From assembly GCA_964466315.1 (NCBI GenBank), contig CAYXNS010000005.1, positions 17,498 to 81,497 on the forward strand: a stretch of 64,000 nt of DNA, read 5' to 3'. Shown piece after piece: positions 54,361 to 63,535 of this stretch. Below the pieces are notes generated by a model that was given only the letters and a program-made list of their open reading frames with translations, was not told the DNA's origin and made no database searches. Made by a program: the position numbers and the translations under genes. Position 1 is the first letter of the stretch. Every line of letters begins with the position of its first letter. Origin of the DNA: an uncultured Gammaproteobacteria bacterium. Its GTDB lineage: Bacteria > Pseudomonadota > Gammaproteobacteria > Steroidobacterales > Rariloculaceae.

Positions 54361-55418
54361 GCGACAAGCTGCCCGTCATCGTTCTCGGCGGCTCCGGCTA
54401 TGTTGCCGGCGAGTTGCTGCGCCTGATCGCTACCCATCCGCGACTTCATCTCGGCGCGGCGGTGTCCACGAGCCAGAACGGCAATCCACTCGCCTCGAGC
54501 TTCACTCATCTGGCTGGCATCTATAGGGACACGGCGTTCGTCTCCGTAGATGACGCCATCGCTCGGCTCGGCGCATCAGCGGCGTGGGTGGTCGTCTCCG
54601 CCGCACCGCACGGTGTGTCGGCCGGACTCGTCGATCGCCTGCTCGACGCTGCGGAGTCCGTGGACGTGAAGATGACCGTTGCCGACGCCTCGGCAGACTT
54701 CCGTTACGCGGATGCGGCAAGTTTCGAAGCCGTCTATCAGCAACCGCATCCAGCGCCACAGCGATTGCCGTCATTTCGCTGTGCGGTTCCCGAGCACCTG
54801 GCCAAGATCGACACGCCGCACGCAGCCCAGCCCGGATGTTTCGCGACAGCCATGCTGCTCGGCATCGTGCCGATGCTCGCCAACGATCTCTGCGAGCCGC
54901 AGTTTTTCGTCAGCGCCGTGACGGGCAGCACCGGTGCCGGACGCACGCCCCGTGAAACGACGCATCACCCAGTTCGCCAGAGCAACCTGTTCACCTATAA
55001 GCCGCTCGGTCATCGCCATCAACCCGAAGTTGGCGCATTGGCCCTTAGCGCGACGAAGAAGGAACTGGGATTGCACTTCGTGCCGCACTCGGGGCCGTTC
55101 GCGCGCGGCATCCACGCGACTATATTCGCGCCGCGCGCGGGTGACATCAGCGGCGCGGATATACGGTCCGGGCTGGCAAACTATTACGCCGACTCGGAAT
55201 TCGTCTCCGTTGCCGAAACACCGCCGCGCCTCAAGGACATTGTTGGCACCAACAACGCTGTCTTGAGCGTCGATGTCGATGACGAGAGCGTGGCGATCTG
55301 CTGCGTGCTCGACAACCTCGTCAAGGGGGCTGCGGGCGGCACGATTCAATGGATCAATCGCCTCCTCGGCTGGCCTGAAACGGACGGCCTCAGCATCGCG
55401 CCCGCGGGGTGGATCTGA
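54357..55418 (+). CDS. argC: N-acetyl-gamma-glutamyl-phosphate reductase
   Basis: VIVLGGSGYVAGELLRL, active-site Cys in QPGCFATA, and a C-terminal DNLVKGAAG. Start at ATG 54357 within the longer ORF from 54126. Confidence 0.85.
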   Translation: MSDKLPVIVLGGSGYVAGELLRLIATHPRLHLGAAVSTSQNGNPLASSFTHLAGIYRDTAFVSVDDAIARLGASAAWVVVSAAPHGVSAGLVDRLLDAAESVDVKMTVADASADFRYADAASFEAVYQQPHPAPQRLPSFRCAVPEHLAKIDTPHAAQPGCFATAMLLGIVPMLANDLCEPQFFVSAVTGSTGAGRTPRETTHHPVRQSNLFTYKPLGHRHQPEVGALALSATKKELGLHFVPHSGPFARGIHATIFAPRAGDISGADIRSGLANYYADSEFVSVAETPPRLKDIVGTNNAVLSVDVDDESVAICCVLDNLVKGAAGGTIQWINRLLGWPETDGLSIAPAGWI

Positions 55419-56575
55419 TGAACACTCCGGCCGCCCACCTGAGCGAGGTCTATCCGACGCTGCCGTTCCAGCCAGTGACCGGTAAGGGCGTCTATCTCGA
55501 GGACGCCGATCAACGCCGCGTGCTCGATCTCTATGGCGGCCATGCCGTTGCCGGCCTGGGCTACGGGCACCCGCGCTTGACGAACGCGCTGGTAACACAA
55601 GCGCGGGAGCTTCTCTTCCAGAGCAATGCCGTGACGATGCGCGTCCGGGACGAGGCTGCCGATAAGCTGGCCGCGTTCGCGCCGGAGAGCCTCGAGCGCG
55701 TGTTCTTCGTAAACAGCGGTGCGGAAGCGAACGAGAACGCGTTGCGTCTCGCGTTTCAGTCGACGGGACGCAGGAAGATCGTGGCGATCGAGCGCAGCTT
55801 TCACGGCCGCACGGCGGCGGCGGGCGCCGTTAGCTGGGGAGCCCGCGAGCGCTGGTACGGCTTCCCCGAGACGCCGATGGAAGTGGCGTTCGTGCCGCGC
55901 AACGATGAAGCTGCGTTGGCTGCCGCCGTCGATGCGGAGACTGCGGGCGTCATCATCGAGCCCGTGCAGGGCGTTGCGGGGGCGTTCGACTTCGCAAGGC
56001 CGTTCATGACGGCTGCGCGCGCGGCTTGTGACGCGAGCGGTGCACTACTCATTCTCGACGAGGTGCAGACCGGTGTCGGCCGGCTCGGCACGCCGTTCGG
56101 CGCCGACTACTTCGGCGTGATACCCGACCTCTTGACGACCGCTAAGTCGCTGGGCGGCGGCTTTCCCTGCGGCGCCGTGCTCATGCGCAACGATCTCGCG
56201 AAGGACCTCGGTCCCGGCGCGCTCGGGACGACGTTCGGCGGTGGACCCCTAGCCTGCGCGGTGATCGCGGCCGTCCTCGACACCATCGAAGCGGAGGAAC
56301 TTCTGGCGCACGTCACCGAGGTATCGGGGCTTATTCGAGAGACCTGTGTCCGCGGCCCGGTAACGGGAATTCAGGGCGCCGGATTCCTATTGGGCTTGAA
56401 GACGACGCCGCGAGCGGCCGCCGTGCGCAACGCCTTGCTCGATCGCGATATCCTCGCGAGCACGAGCGGCGATCCGCATATCCTGCGGTTGTTACCGGCG
56501 CTGATTCTGCAGCCGACCCATGTTGAATGCCTAGCAGGGGCACTGGAGGAGCTAAGCGATGAAACGTTTCAATGA
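55418..56575 (+). CDS. argD: acetylornithine aminotransferase (class III PLP aminotransferase)
   Basis: NSGAEANE, LILDEVQTGVGRLG, TTAKSLGGGFP (PLP Lys). TGATG junction with argC. Confidence 0.85.
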   Translation: MNTPAAHLSEVYPTLPFQPVTGKGVYLEDADQRRVLDLYGGHAVAGLGYGHPRLTNALVTQARELLFQSNAVTMRVRDEAADKLAAFAPESLERVFFVNSGAEANENALRLAFQSTGRRKIVAIERSFHGRTAAAGAVSWGARERWYGFPETPMEVAFVPRNDEAALAAAVDAETAGVIIEPVQGVAGAFDFARPFMTAARAACDASGALLILDEVQTGVGRLGTPFGADYFGVIPDLLTTAKSLGGGFPCGAVLMRNDLAKDLGPGALGTTFGGGPLACAVIAAVLDTIEAEELLAHVTEVSGLIRETCVRGPVTGIQGAGFLLGLKTTPRAAAVRNALLDRDILASTSGDPHILRLLPALILQPTHVECLAGALEELSDETFQ

Positions 56576-57560
56576 TCTTACCGATTTCTCCGCGGAAGAG
56601 ATCGGCGCACTATTGGAGCTGGCGACGCGCCTCGAGCAGCAGCCGGAGCCGCGAGCGCTCGAAGGGAAGATCCTCTCGCTCCTGTTCCTGAGTCCCTCGC
56701 TCCGGACACTGGCGTCTTTTCAGGCCGCGATGGGGCGGCTCGGGGGCGGCTCGTTCGTGATCTCGCCCGACATGTCCATTCACGGCCTCGAATCTCGTCC
56801 CGGGATCGTCATGGATGGAGCCGCTGCTGAACACATTCACGAGGCGGTGCCGGTCATCGCATCATACAGCGATGCAATGGGTATCCGCGCATTCGCCGAA
56901 CGTCGCAATCTCGACGACGATCTCGCCGATCGTGAGTTCGAGAGCATGGCGTCTCTCGTCGACATTCCGCTCATCAACATGGAATCTGCAATCCAGCATC
57001 CGTGCCAGAACCTCGCGGACTGGAAGACGATGGAGGACATGCAGGTTCCGGCGCGAGGCGGGCGCTTCGTATTGTCGTGGGCTTATCACCCGCGTGCGCT
57101 ACCGCTCGCCGTTCCGGCCTCGACCGTCCAGATGGCCGCGATGCGCGGTATGGACGTCGTCGTACTGCACCCGCCGAGCTTCGCCCTGCCGGACCCGGTG
57201 ATACAGAAAGCTACCACAGCAGCCGAAGCAGCCGGCGGCAGCATCACCGTGACCAGCGACCGTCGCGAGGCCATGGAAGGGGCGCACATCGTCTATGCGA
57301 AGTCCTGGTCCTCGACGGAGAATTACGGCGACCGTCTCGCCGATGAGGCACAACGCGAGGAGCTGATCGACTGGTGTGTCGACGATCCCTGGTTCGAGAA
57401 CGCGCAGAACGATTGCCGATTCATGCACTGCTTGCCGGTCCGGCGTGGTGTAGTGGTTTCGGATCGGGTTCTCGACGGCCCCCGCAGTATCGTAATACCG
57501 GAGGCACGTAACCGGATGGTGGCCCAGATGGCGGTCCTCCATCAGATGATGAGTGGATAA
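56559..57560 (+). CDS. argF': N-acyl-L-ornithine carbamoyltransferase (Xanthomonas ArgF' type; probably acetylornithine-specific)
   Basis: SLRT carbamoyl-phosphate motif, INMES..HPCQ, HCLPVRR. Collinear with the Xanthomonas AOTCase sequence as I recall it. GGAGGAG SD. Confidence 0.75.
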   Translation: MKRFNDLTDFSAEEIGALLELATRLEQQPEPRALEGKILSLLFLSPSLRTLASFQAAMGRLGGGSFVISPDMSIHGLESRPGIVMDGAAAEHIHEAVPVIASYSDAMGIRAFAERRNLDDDLADREFESMASLVDIPLINMESAIQHPCQNLADWKTMEDMQVPARGGRFVLSWAYHPRALPLAVPASTVQMAAMRGMDVVVLHPPSFALPDPVIQKATTAAEAAGGSITVTSDRREAMEGAHIVYAKSWSSTENYGDRLADEAQREELIDWCVDDPWFENAQNDCRFMHCLPVRRGVVVSDRVLDGPRSIVIPEARNRMVAQMAVLHQMMSG

Positions 57561-57566
57561 CGACCG

Positions 57567-58502
57567 ATGCCACGCCTTACCGGAAATGAGCGAGCGATCG
57601 TCGTCACCGCGCTGAAACACGCGGCACCTTATATACGAATGCACAAGCGCAAGGTGTTCGTGTTAAAGGCGGGCGGCGAAGCGTTTCTCTCACCCGCGAC
57701 CACGCGTGCGATCGTCGAGCAGATCGGCGTTTTGCACGAGGTCGGCATTCGCATCGTGCTCGTTCACGGCGGCGGTCCGCAATCGACACAACTCGCGAAG
57801 TCGCGGGGAATTCCTATCAACATCATCGACGGACGGCGTGTCACGGACGAAAGCACCCTGGAAGTTGCGGCGACCGTCTTCAACGAACAGATCAATCCCA
57901 TGATCCTGGCCGCATGCCGTGATCTGGATATCCCGGCCATCGGTATCTGCGCGCCCGACGCGCGTGTGATCAAAGCGCACCGGCGGCGGCCCGTGCCGCG
58001 TGAAGGCCACGACGGCGAGACCGTCGACTATGGCTTCGTCGGCGACATCGATGGGATCGACACGGATCTTCTTGTCAAGCAACTCAACGACGGGATGATA
58101 CCTGTAATCAGCCCGATGGCGGCCGACGATGACGGGAAATTATTGAACATCAATGCCGATACGATAGCCGCCGCTGTCGCCGTGGCCGTCGGCGCCGATA
58201 AACTGATCCTCGCGACCACGGCGCCGGGCATACTCGAGTCCCGTGACGATCTGGGGTCGCTAATCTCGTATATCGACATCGCCGGCTTAGCCAAACTCCG
58301 CAGCGAAGGACGCATTGCCGACGGCATGCTGCCAAAGGCGACGGCTATAGAAAAAGCGCTGCAGGGTGGCGTCCCGCGCGTCCACGTGATTTCCAGCGAG
58401 TTACCCGACAGCCTGCTCCTGGAGATCTTCACAAACGAAGGGACGGGAACGCTCATAGTAAATGACATCGAGCATCTGAGTCCCGAAGAGCAAACCAGCT
58501 AG
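57567..58502 (+). CDS. argB: acetylglutamate kinase
   Basis: VFVLKAGGEA, VLVHGGGPQ, NINADT. 311 aa, with no fused synthase domain. Confidence 0.9.
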   Translation: MPRLTGNERAIVVTALKHAAPYIRMHKRKVFVLKAGGEAFLSPATTRAIVEQIGVLHEVGIRIVLVHGGGPQSTQLAKSRGIPINIIDGRRVTDESTLEVAATVFNEQINPMILAACRDLDIPAIGICAPDARVIKAHRRRPVPREGHDGETVDYGFVGDIDGIDTDLLVKQLNDGMIPVISPMAADDDGKLLNINADTIAAAVAVAVGADKLILATTAPGILESRDDLGSLISYIDIAGLAKLRSEGRIADGMLPKATAIEKALQGGVPRVHVISSELPDSLLLEIFTNEGTGTLIVNDIEHLSPEEQTS

Positions 58503-58512
58503 AGATAGACCG

Positions 58513-59706
58513 ATGGCACGCTTGTGGGATAAAGGGATACCGCTCGACGAACGCATATTGCGATTCACGGCGGGAGAGGATCATCGACTCGACGAGCGGC
58601 TCGTCGAGTATGACGTGCGCGCGTCCATCGCGCATGCGCGCATGCTCGAGAAGCAGGATCTGCTCACTCCGGAAGATTGTAACGCGATTTGCGGGGGACT
58701 CGAGATACTCGCGGAGCAACACGCGGCCGGCCAGTGGTCCATCGAGCTCGAGCAGGAGGACGTACACAGCGCTCTGGAGCAGCGCCTCATAGAGTTGATC
58801 GGTCCGGCCGGCGGTCGTGTGCATCTCGGCAGGTCGCGCAACGACCAGGTGCTTGCCGCCCTGCGCCTTTACATGCGCGCCGCAGGCCGTACTCTCGCCG
58901 ACGGTGCCAACGAGGTTGCGAATGAGCTCGATAGCGTCAGCGAGCGCCAAGGTGAACTCACTCTACCCGGTTATACGCACATGCAACCCGCCATGCCGAG
59001 CAGCGTCGCGCTATGGGCCGGCGGCTTTGCGGCCGAACTCCGCGATGATGCCGAAGGATTGATCGCTGCGGCTCGCCGGGCCGATCTGAACCCCTTGGGC
59101 TCGGCTGCCGGCTACGGCGCCGCAGGGCTGCCGCTCGATCGCGAGGCAACTCGGGAAGCTTTGAATTTTTCGCGTACGCAGATGCCTGTGACGGCCGTGC
59201 AGTTGAGTCGCGGCAAGGCGGAGGCAGCGTTGATCTTCGAGCTCACTTTGTTACTCGGTGATCTCGGGCGACTCGCCGCCGACCTCTTGTTGTTCTACAC
59301 GGAGGAGTTCGCGTTTGTCGCGCTACCCGACGAGATGACGACCGGTTCTTCGATCATGCCGCAGAAACGAAACCCGGATGTGTTCGAGCTCGTACGTAGC
59401 GCACAGGCCGTCACGATGGCCGCACTGTCCGAGACGCTGGCGATTACCACGAAACTCACGTCCGGTTATCAACGGGATCTGCAACGATTGAAACCACCGC
59501 TATTCCGCAGTCTCGATCTTGCGGAAGACACACTCGCGATCATGGCGCATGCGTTGCAAGGCGTGCGCTTTCGTCCGGATAAGATTGAGCTCAGCGTTGA
59601 GCTCTACGCCGCTGAACGAGCAAATGAACTCGTCGTCGAGGAAGGTATTCCGTTTCGGGAAGCCTATCAGCGCGTCGCCGCCGCGCTTAAACAGCACCAC
59701 GAGTAG
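58513..59706 (+). CDS. argH: argininosuccinate lyase (short Xanthomonas/Bacteroidetes-type form)
   Basis: GRSRNDQV, plus the signature GSSIMPQKRNPD. 397 aa, lacking the about 55-aa C-terminal extension of enterobacterial ArgH. Confidence 0.85.
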   Translation: MARLWDKGIPLDERILRFTAGEDHRLDERLVEYDVRASIAHARMLEKQDLLTPEDCNAICGGLEILAEQHAAGQWSIELEQEDVHSALEQRLIELIGPAGGRVHLGRSRNDQVLAALRLYMRAAGRTLADGANEVANELDSVSERQGELTLPGYTHMQPAMPSSVALWAGGFAAELRDDAEGLIAAARRADLNPLGSAAGYGAAGLPLDREATREALNFSRTQMPVTAVQLSRGKAEAALIFELTLLLGDLGRLAADLLLFYTEEFAFVALPDEMTTGSSIMPQKRNPDVFELVRSAQAVTMAALSETLAITTKLTSGYQRDLQRLKPPLFRSLDLAEDTLAIMAHALQGVRFRPDKIELSVELYAAERANELVVEEGIPFREAYQRVAAALKQHHE

Positions 59707-59760
59707 GCAGCGATGACGACGAAGGCCGGACGCGCGACGACATGGATCTCGGAGACAACA

Positions 59761-59910
59761 ATGCTACTGGTCCTGATCGCTGCGGCGTTTATGGCGGGCT
59801 GCGGACAGAAAGGCGATCTTGTTCTACCGAGCCCGGACGCGGCCTCCGCTGTCCAGGAGGCGCCCACCAGCGACCAGGATGAGGAACAAGATGAGGCGGA
59901 CGATGAATAA
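59761..59910 (+). CDS. small lipoprotein, LptM/YifL-like
   Basis: MLLVLIAAAFMAGCGQKGDLVLP, i.e. a lipobox plus the GxKGxLxLP motif typical of YifL/LptM, with an acidic tail. ORF track start is 59713. Confidence 0.5.
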   Translation: MLLVLIAAAFMAGCGQKGDLVLPSPDAASAVQEAPTSDQDEEQDEADDE

Positions 59911-59921
59911 TCGGATGAGCC

Positions 59922-62612
59922 ATGGCGACTAAGCCGCTCGTCCTCATCGACGGCTCCTCGTATCTGTTTCGCGCGTTCTACGCGGCTCTCAGCTCCGGCG
60001 CTGAACTGAGCTCTAGTAGCGGGGAGAACACCGGCGCGATTCATTTCGTTCTGAATATGCTCTACAAGCTCGTCGACGACTACGAGCCCGAACATATTGC
60101 CGTCGTCTTCGACGCACCGGGCAAGACGTTTCGCGACGACCTCTATTCGGAGTACAAGGCGACCCGGCCGCCGATGCCGGACGATCTTCGGCCGCAGATC
60201 GAGCCGCTGGTTCAAGCCGTCGAGGCGATCGGCCTGCCCGTCCTGCGCATCAAAGGCGTGGAGGCCGACGACGTCATCGGCACGCTCGCAACACGCGCGG
60301 CCGCCGCCGGCCTGTCGACAGTCATATCCACCTCCGACAAAGACATGGCGCAACTCGTCAACGATCGCGTCACGCTCGTCAACACGATGACGGAGACGAC
60401 GATGGACAGCGGCGGGGTCGAGAAGAAATTCGGCGTCCGGCCGGACCAAATCGTCGACTACCTCGCGCTCGTCGGAGACAGCTCCGACAACATCCCGGGT
60501 GTGCCGGGCGTGGGACCGAAAACGGCGATGAAGTGGCTCGCCGAGTACGGCGATCTCGGCACGATAATGAGCCGTGCCGATGAGGTACCCGGAAAAGCTG
60601 GCGAGCATCTTCGCGACACACTGGTACAACTACCTCTTTACAGGGAGCTGACGACCATCGTCTGCGATCTCGATCTGCCGCAGGATCCTGAGGAACTCGT
60701 CTACGGCGATCCTGACGCTGAGAAACTCAAGAAACTTTACGAGCGACTCGAGATCAAGAGCCTACTGCGGCGTATTGGCCCCCTCGAGGAGGAGGCCGAG
60801 CAACCCGCCGTGAACTACGAGACCGTCTTGACCGAGGCAGTGCTCGAGACCTGGCTCGAGCGCATCGAATCCGCAGATCTAGTGGCATTGGATACGGAGA
60901 CCACGAGTCTCGACTACATGCGGGCCGAGATCGTCGGGCTTAGCCTGTCGGTGGAGGCGGGCAGTGCCGCGTACATTCCCGTCGCGCATCGCTACCCGGG
61001 AGTGCGCGATCAGCTGAGCAGGGAGAAGGTACTCGAGCGTATGAGGCCCTGGCTCGAGGGTACGGCGCCAAAAGTCGGGCATCATCTCAAGTACGACGCT
61101 CACGTGCTGCGCAATCACGGCATAGCTCTCAACGGCATGGCTTTCGATTCGATGTTGGAGTCGTTCGTCCTCGACTCCACGGCGACACGTCAAGACATGA
61201 ACTCCGTCGCGAGTAAATACTTAGGCGTAAAGACCACCAAGTACGAAGAGGTCGCTGGCAAAGGCGCCAAGCAGTTGCAATTCGATGAAGTCGATATCGA
61301 GGTTGCTTCCGCTTATGCAGCTCAAGACGCCGACGTCACGCTGCAATTGCACGAGACGCTGTGGCCGAAACTTGAAGAGACGCCCTCACTGAAGAAGCTG
61401 TACCTCGAGATCGAGCAGCCGCTCGTCGAGGTGTTGCGAAAGATGGAATACCTCGGAGTGCTCGTCAATGCCCGCATGCTCAATCAGCAGAGCCAGGAAC
61501 TTGCAATAGCAATGGCGAAGACGGAGGTCACCGTCTACGAGCTTGCTGGAGGTCCGTTCAATCTCGCGTCACCGAAGCAACTCCAGGAGATTCTGTACGA
61601 CCGGCTAAAGCTGCCCGTGCTCGGCAAGACACCGAAGGGCCAACCGTCGACAGCTGAGAGTGTCTTGCAGGGCCTTGCGGAGGACTACGAGCTACCGAAG
61701 TCGATCCTCGAGTACCGGGCGCTGGCGAAACTCAAGTCGACCTACACCGACAAGCTGCCCGCCGAGATCGATCCGGGAACGGGACGTATCCATACCTCCT
61801 ACCACCAAGCAGTCGTCGCGACGGGACGGCTGTCGTCTTCGGACCCCAATCTGCAGAACATCCCGATTCGTACACCCGAAGGGCGGCGCATTCGGCAGGC
61901 ATTCATCGCACCGCCCGGATACAAGCTACTGGCTGCCGACTACTCGCAGATCGAGCTGCGTATCGTGGCGCATCTGTCCGAAGATCGGGGCCTGCTTGAG
62001 GCGTTCGCCGCGGATGCGGACATTCACCGCGCCACGGCAGCAGAGGTCTTTGGCGTGAAGCCTGAAGAGGTGTCCAATGAAGAGCGCCGGTCGGCCAAGG
62101 CGATCAACTTCGGCCTCGTTTACGGGATGTCGGCCTACGGGCTCGGACGTCAGCTCGGCATCGGCCGCAACCAGGCCCAAGAATACGTCGATCTCTATTT
62201 CAACCGGTATCCCGGCGTCAAAGCCTACATGGACCGAACCCGTGAGCGCGCCCGGGAGGAGGGTTATGTCTCGACGGTCTACGGGCGCAGGCTTTACCTA
62301 CCCGAGATCGAATCCCGTAATCATCAACGCCGCCAATACGCCGAGCGCAGTGCCATCAACGCACCAATGCAGGGCACGGCCGCGGACATCATCAAGCGCG
62401 CCATGATCAACGTGGACGCATGGCTCAGGGGCTCGGGCGTCGATGCCAGGCTCATCATGCAGGTGCATGACGAACTCGTACTCGAGGTCGGCGCATCGAG
62501 TTCCGACGATATCGCGGGCGAGATTGTGCGGATCATGGAGGGCGCTGCGTCGCTCACGGTACCGTTGAAGGTCGATTTCGGGCTCGGTGAGAACTGGGAC
62601 GAGGCGCACTAA
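59922..62612 (+). CDS. polA: DNA polymerase I
   Basis: 896 aa with a 5'-nuclease domain, a 3'-5' exonuclease domain (DTETTSLD) and polymerase motifs (DYSQIELR, QVHDEL). Confidence 0.95.
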   Translation: MATKPLVLIDGSSYLFRAFYAALSSGAELSSSSGENTGAIHFVLNMLYKLVDDYEPEHIAVVFDAPGKTFRDDLYSEYKATRPPMPDDLRPQIEPLVQAVEAIGLPVLRIKGVEADDVIGTLATRAAAAGLSTVISTSDKDMAQLVNDRVTLVNTMTETTMDSGGVEKKFGVRPDQIVDYLALVGDSSDNIPGVPGVGPKTAMKWLAEYGDLGTIMSRADEVPGKAGEHLRDTLVQLPLYRELTTIVCDLDLPQDPEELVYGDPDAEKLKKLYERLEIKSLLRRIGPLEEEAEQPAVNYETVLTEAVLETWLERIESADLVALDTETTSLDYMRAEIVGLSLSVEAGSAAYIPVAHRYPGVRDQLSREKVLERMRPWLEGTAPKVGHHLKYDAHVLRNHGIALNGMAFDSMLESFVLDSTATRQDMNSVASKYLGVKTTKYEEVAGKGAKQLQFDEVDIEVASAYAAQDADVTLQLHETLWPKLEETPSLKKLYLEIEQPLVEVLRKMEYLGVLVNARMLNQQSQELAIAMAKTEVTVYELAGGPFNLASPKQLQEILYDRLKLPVLGKTPKGQPSTAESVLQGLAEDYELPKSILEYRALAKLKSTYTDKLPAEIDPGTGRIHTSYHQAVVATGRLSSSDPNLQNIPIRTPEGRRIRQAFIAPPGYKLLAADYSQIELRIVAHLSEDRGLLEAFAADADIHRATAAEVFGVKPEEVSNEERRSAKAINFGLVYGMSAYGLGRQLGIGRNQAQEYVDLYFNRYPGVKAYMDRTRERAREEGYVSTVYGRRLYLPEIESRNHQRRQYAERSAINAPMQGTAADIIKRAMINVDAWLRGSGVDARLIMQVHDELVLEVGASSSDDIAGEIVRIMEGAASLTVPLKVDFGLGENWDEAH

Positions 62613-62654
62613 GATCCAGGCGCAAAGAAAGGGGCACGGCCTCTTCTCCTTCCC

Positions 62655-62682
62655 GGAACTTTTCAGGCTGCCGGTAGACTAA
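62655..62682 (+). promoter_or_regulatory. sigmaE/AlgU-like promoter candidate (GGAACTT-N16-ACTAA)
   Basis: A perfect -35 GGAACTT at 62655-62661, a 16-nt spacer, and ACTAA at 62678-62682 (weaker than TCNAA). About 45 nt after the polA stop. Confidence 0.35.
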
Positions 62683-62686
62683 TTCT

Positions 62687-62806
62687 GTAGGCGCGAGAGT
62701 GTCTCCTGCCGACCTCCCTTGGCGGGATTTTTCCCGGTGACCCCATACCGGGATTCTCTAGCCCCGGGTGTGTCCCCTGAATCCCGCACCCGGGGCCTCT
62801 TTTATT
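62687..62806 (+). ncRNA. candidate Spot42/ErsA-position sRNA (about 120 nt)
   Basis: Begins near GTAGG (62687), contains an internal hairpin CCCGGT..ACCGGG (about 62742-62761), and ends in the strong terminator at 62761-62806. It occupies the polA-engB gap where spf (E. coli) and ErsA (Pseudomonas) lie. Confidence 0.4.
62761..62806 (+). terminator. Rho-independent terminator (10-bp GC stem + T-run)
   Basis: GCCCCGGGTG (62761-62770) pairs with CACCCGGGGC (62787-62796), followed by CTCTTTTATT. The T-run overlaps the engB stop codon. Confidence 0.6.
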
Positions 62807-63434
62807 CGCTGCGAGCATCTTTGCCCGGTGTAGCCAGCCAGGCGAGGAGCTGTTCGCGGGCCTCCTCCAACCCTATTCGACGCGGTGCACTGAACAGGAT
62901 CAGCGGGATCTCGTCCGGCAGAGCCGCGGCGATCTCCTGCAGCCGCAGCCAGCCCGCATTACGGCTGAGCTTGTCGGTCTTGGTGAGTAGAATCGCCGCC
63001 GGGACCCCCGCCTCCCGCGACCAGGCCAGCATCACCTCATCGAGATCGTTGAGCCCCCGCCGAATGTCCACGGTGATAAAGAGCCCCACGAGCGAGCGGC
63101 GCCCATGGAAGTAGGCCTCCAGCAACACGCGCCATTGCTGGCGCACGGCCTCAGCGACCTTGGCATAGCCATAGCCCGGCAGATCTACGAGGCGGCGTGT
63201 CTCATCAGCCTCGAAGAAGTTGATGAGCTGGGTACGCCCGGGCGTCTTGCTGGTCCTGGCCAGGCGCCGGCGCCCCGTGATCGCGTTGATGGCGCTCGAC
63301 TTACCCGAGTTGGAACGCCCCGCAAAGGCAACTTCCCGCCCCGAGTCGGCAGGAAACTGGCTCGCCTTCTGGGCGCTTTTCCGGAACTTAAGGCTCAGCG
63401 AGAATGCCATAGTGGGTACTGGGTCGGGTGTCAT
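62802..63434 (-). CDS. engB: ribosome-biogenesis GTPase EngB/YihA
   Basis: EVAFAGRSNSGKSSAIN (G1), DLPGYG, TKTDKL (G4). Start chosen at ATG 63434 (210 aa, like E. coli YihA); 63410 and 63554 are alternatives. Confidence 0.85.
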   Translation of the reverse strand: MTPDPVPTMAFSLSLKFRKSAQKASQFPADSGREVAFAGRSNSGKSSAINAITGRRRLARTSKTPGRTQLINFFEADETRRLVDLPGYGYAKVAEAVRQQWRVLLEAYFHGRRSLVGLFITVDIRRGLNDLDEVMLAWSREAGVPAAILLTKTDKLSRNAGWLRLQEIAAALPDEIPLILFSAPRRIGLEEAREQLLAWLATPGKDARSE

Positions 63435-63535
63435 CCCAATGCTGGAATCGAGTGGTTTAGTGTACAATCTCTCGCCGTTTGCAACGAAAGGACGCGAGGT
63501 CTGAAGGCGTGTCGAGAAAGAGTGTAGAGCTAGAC

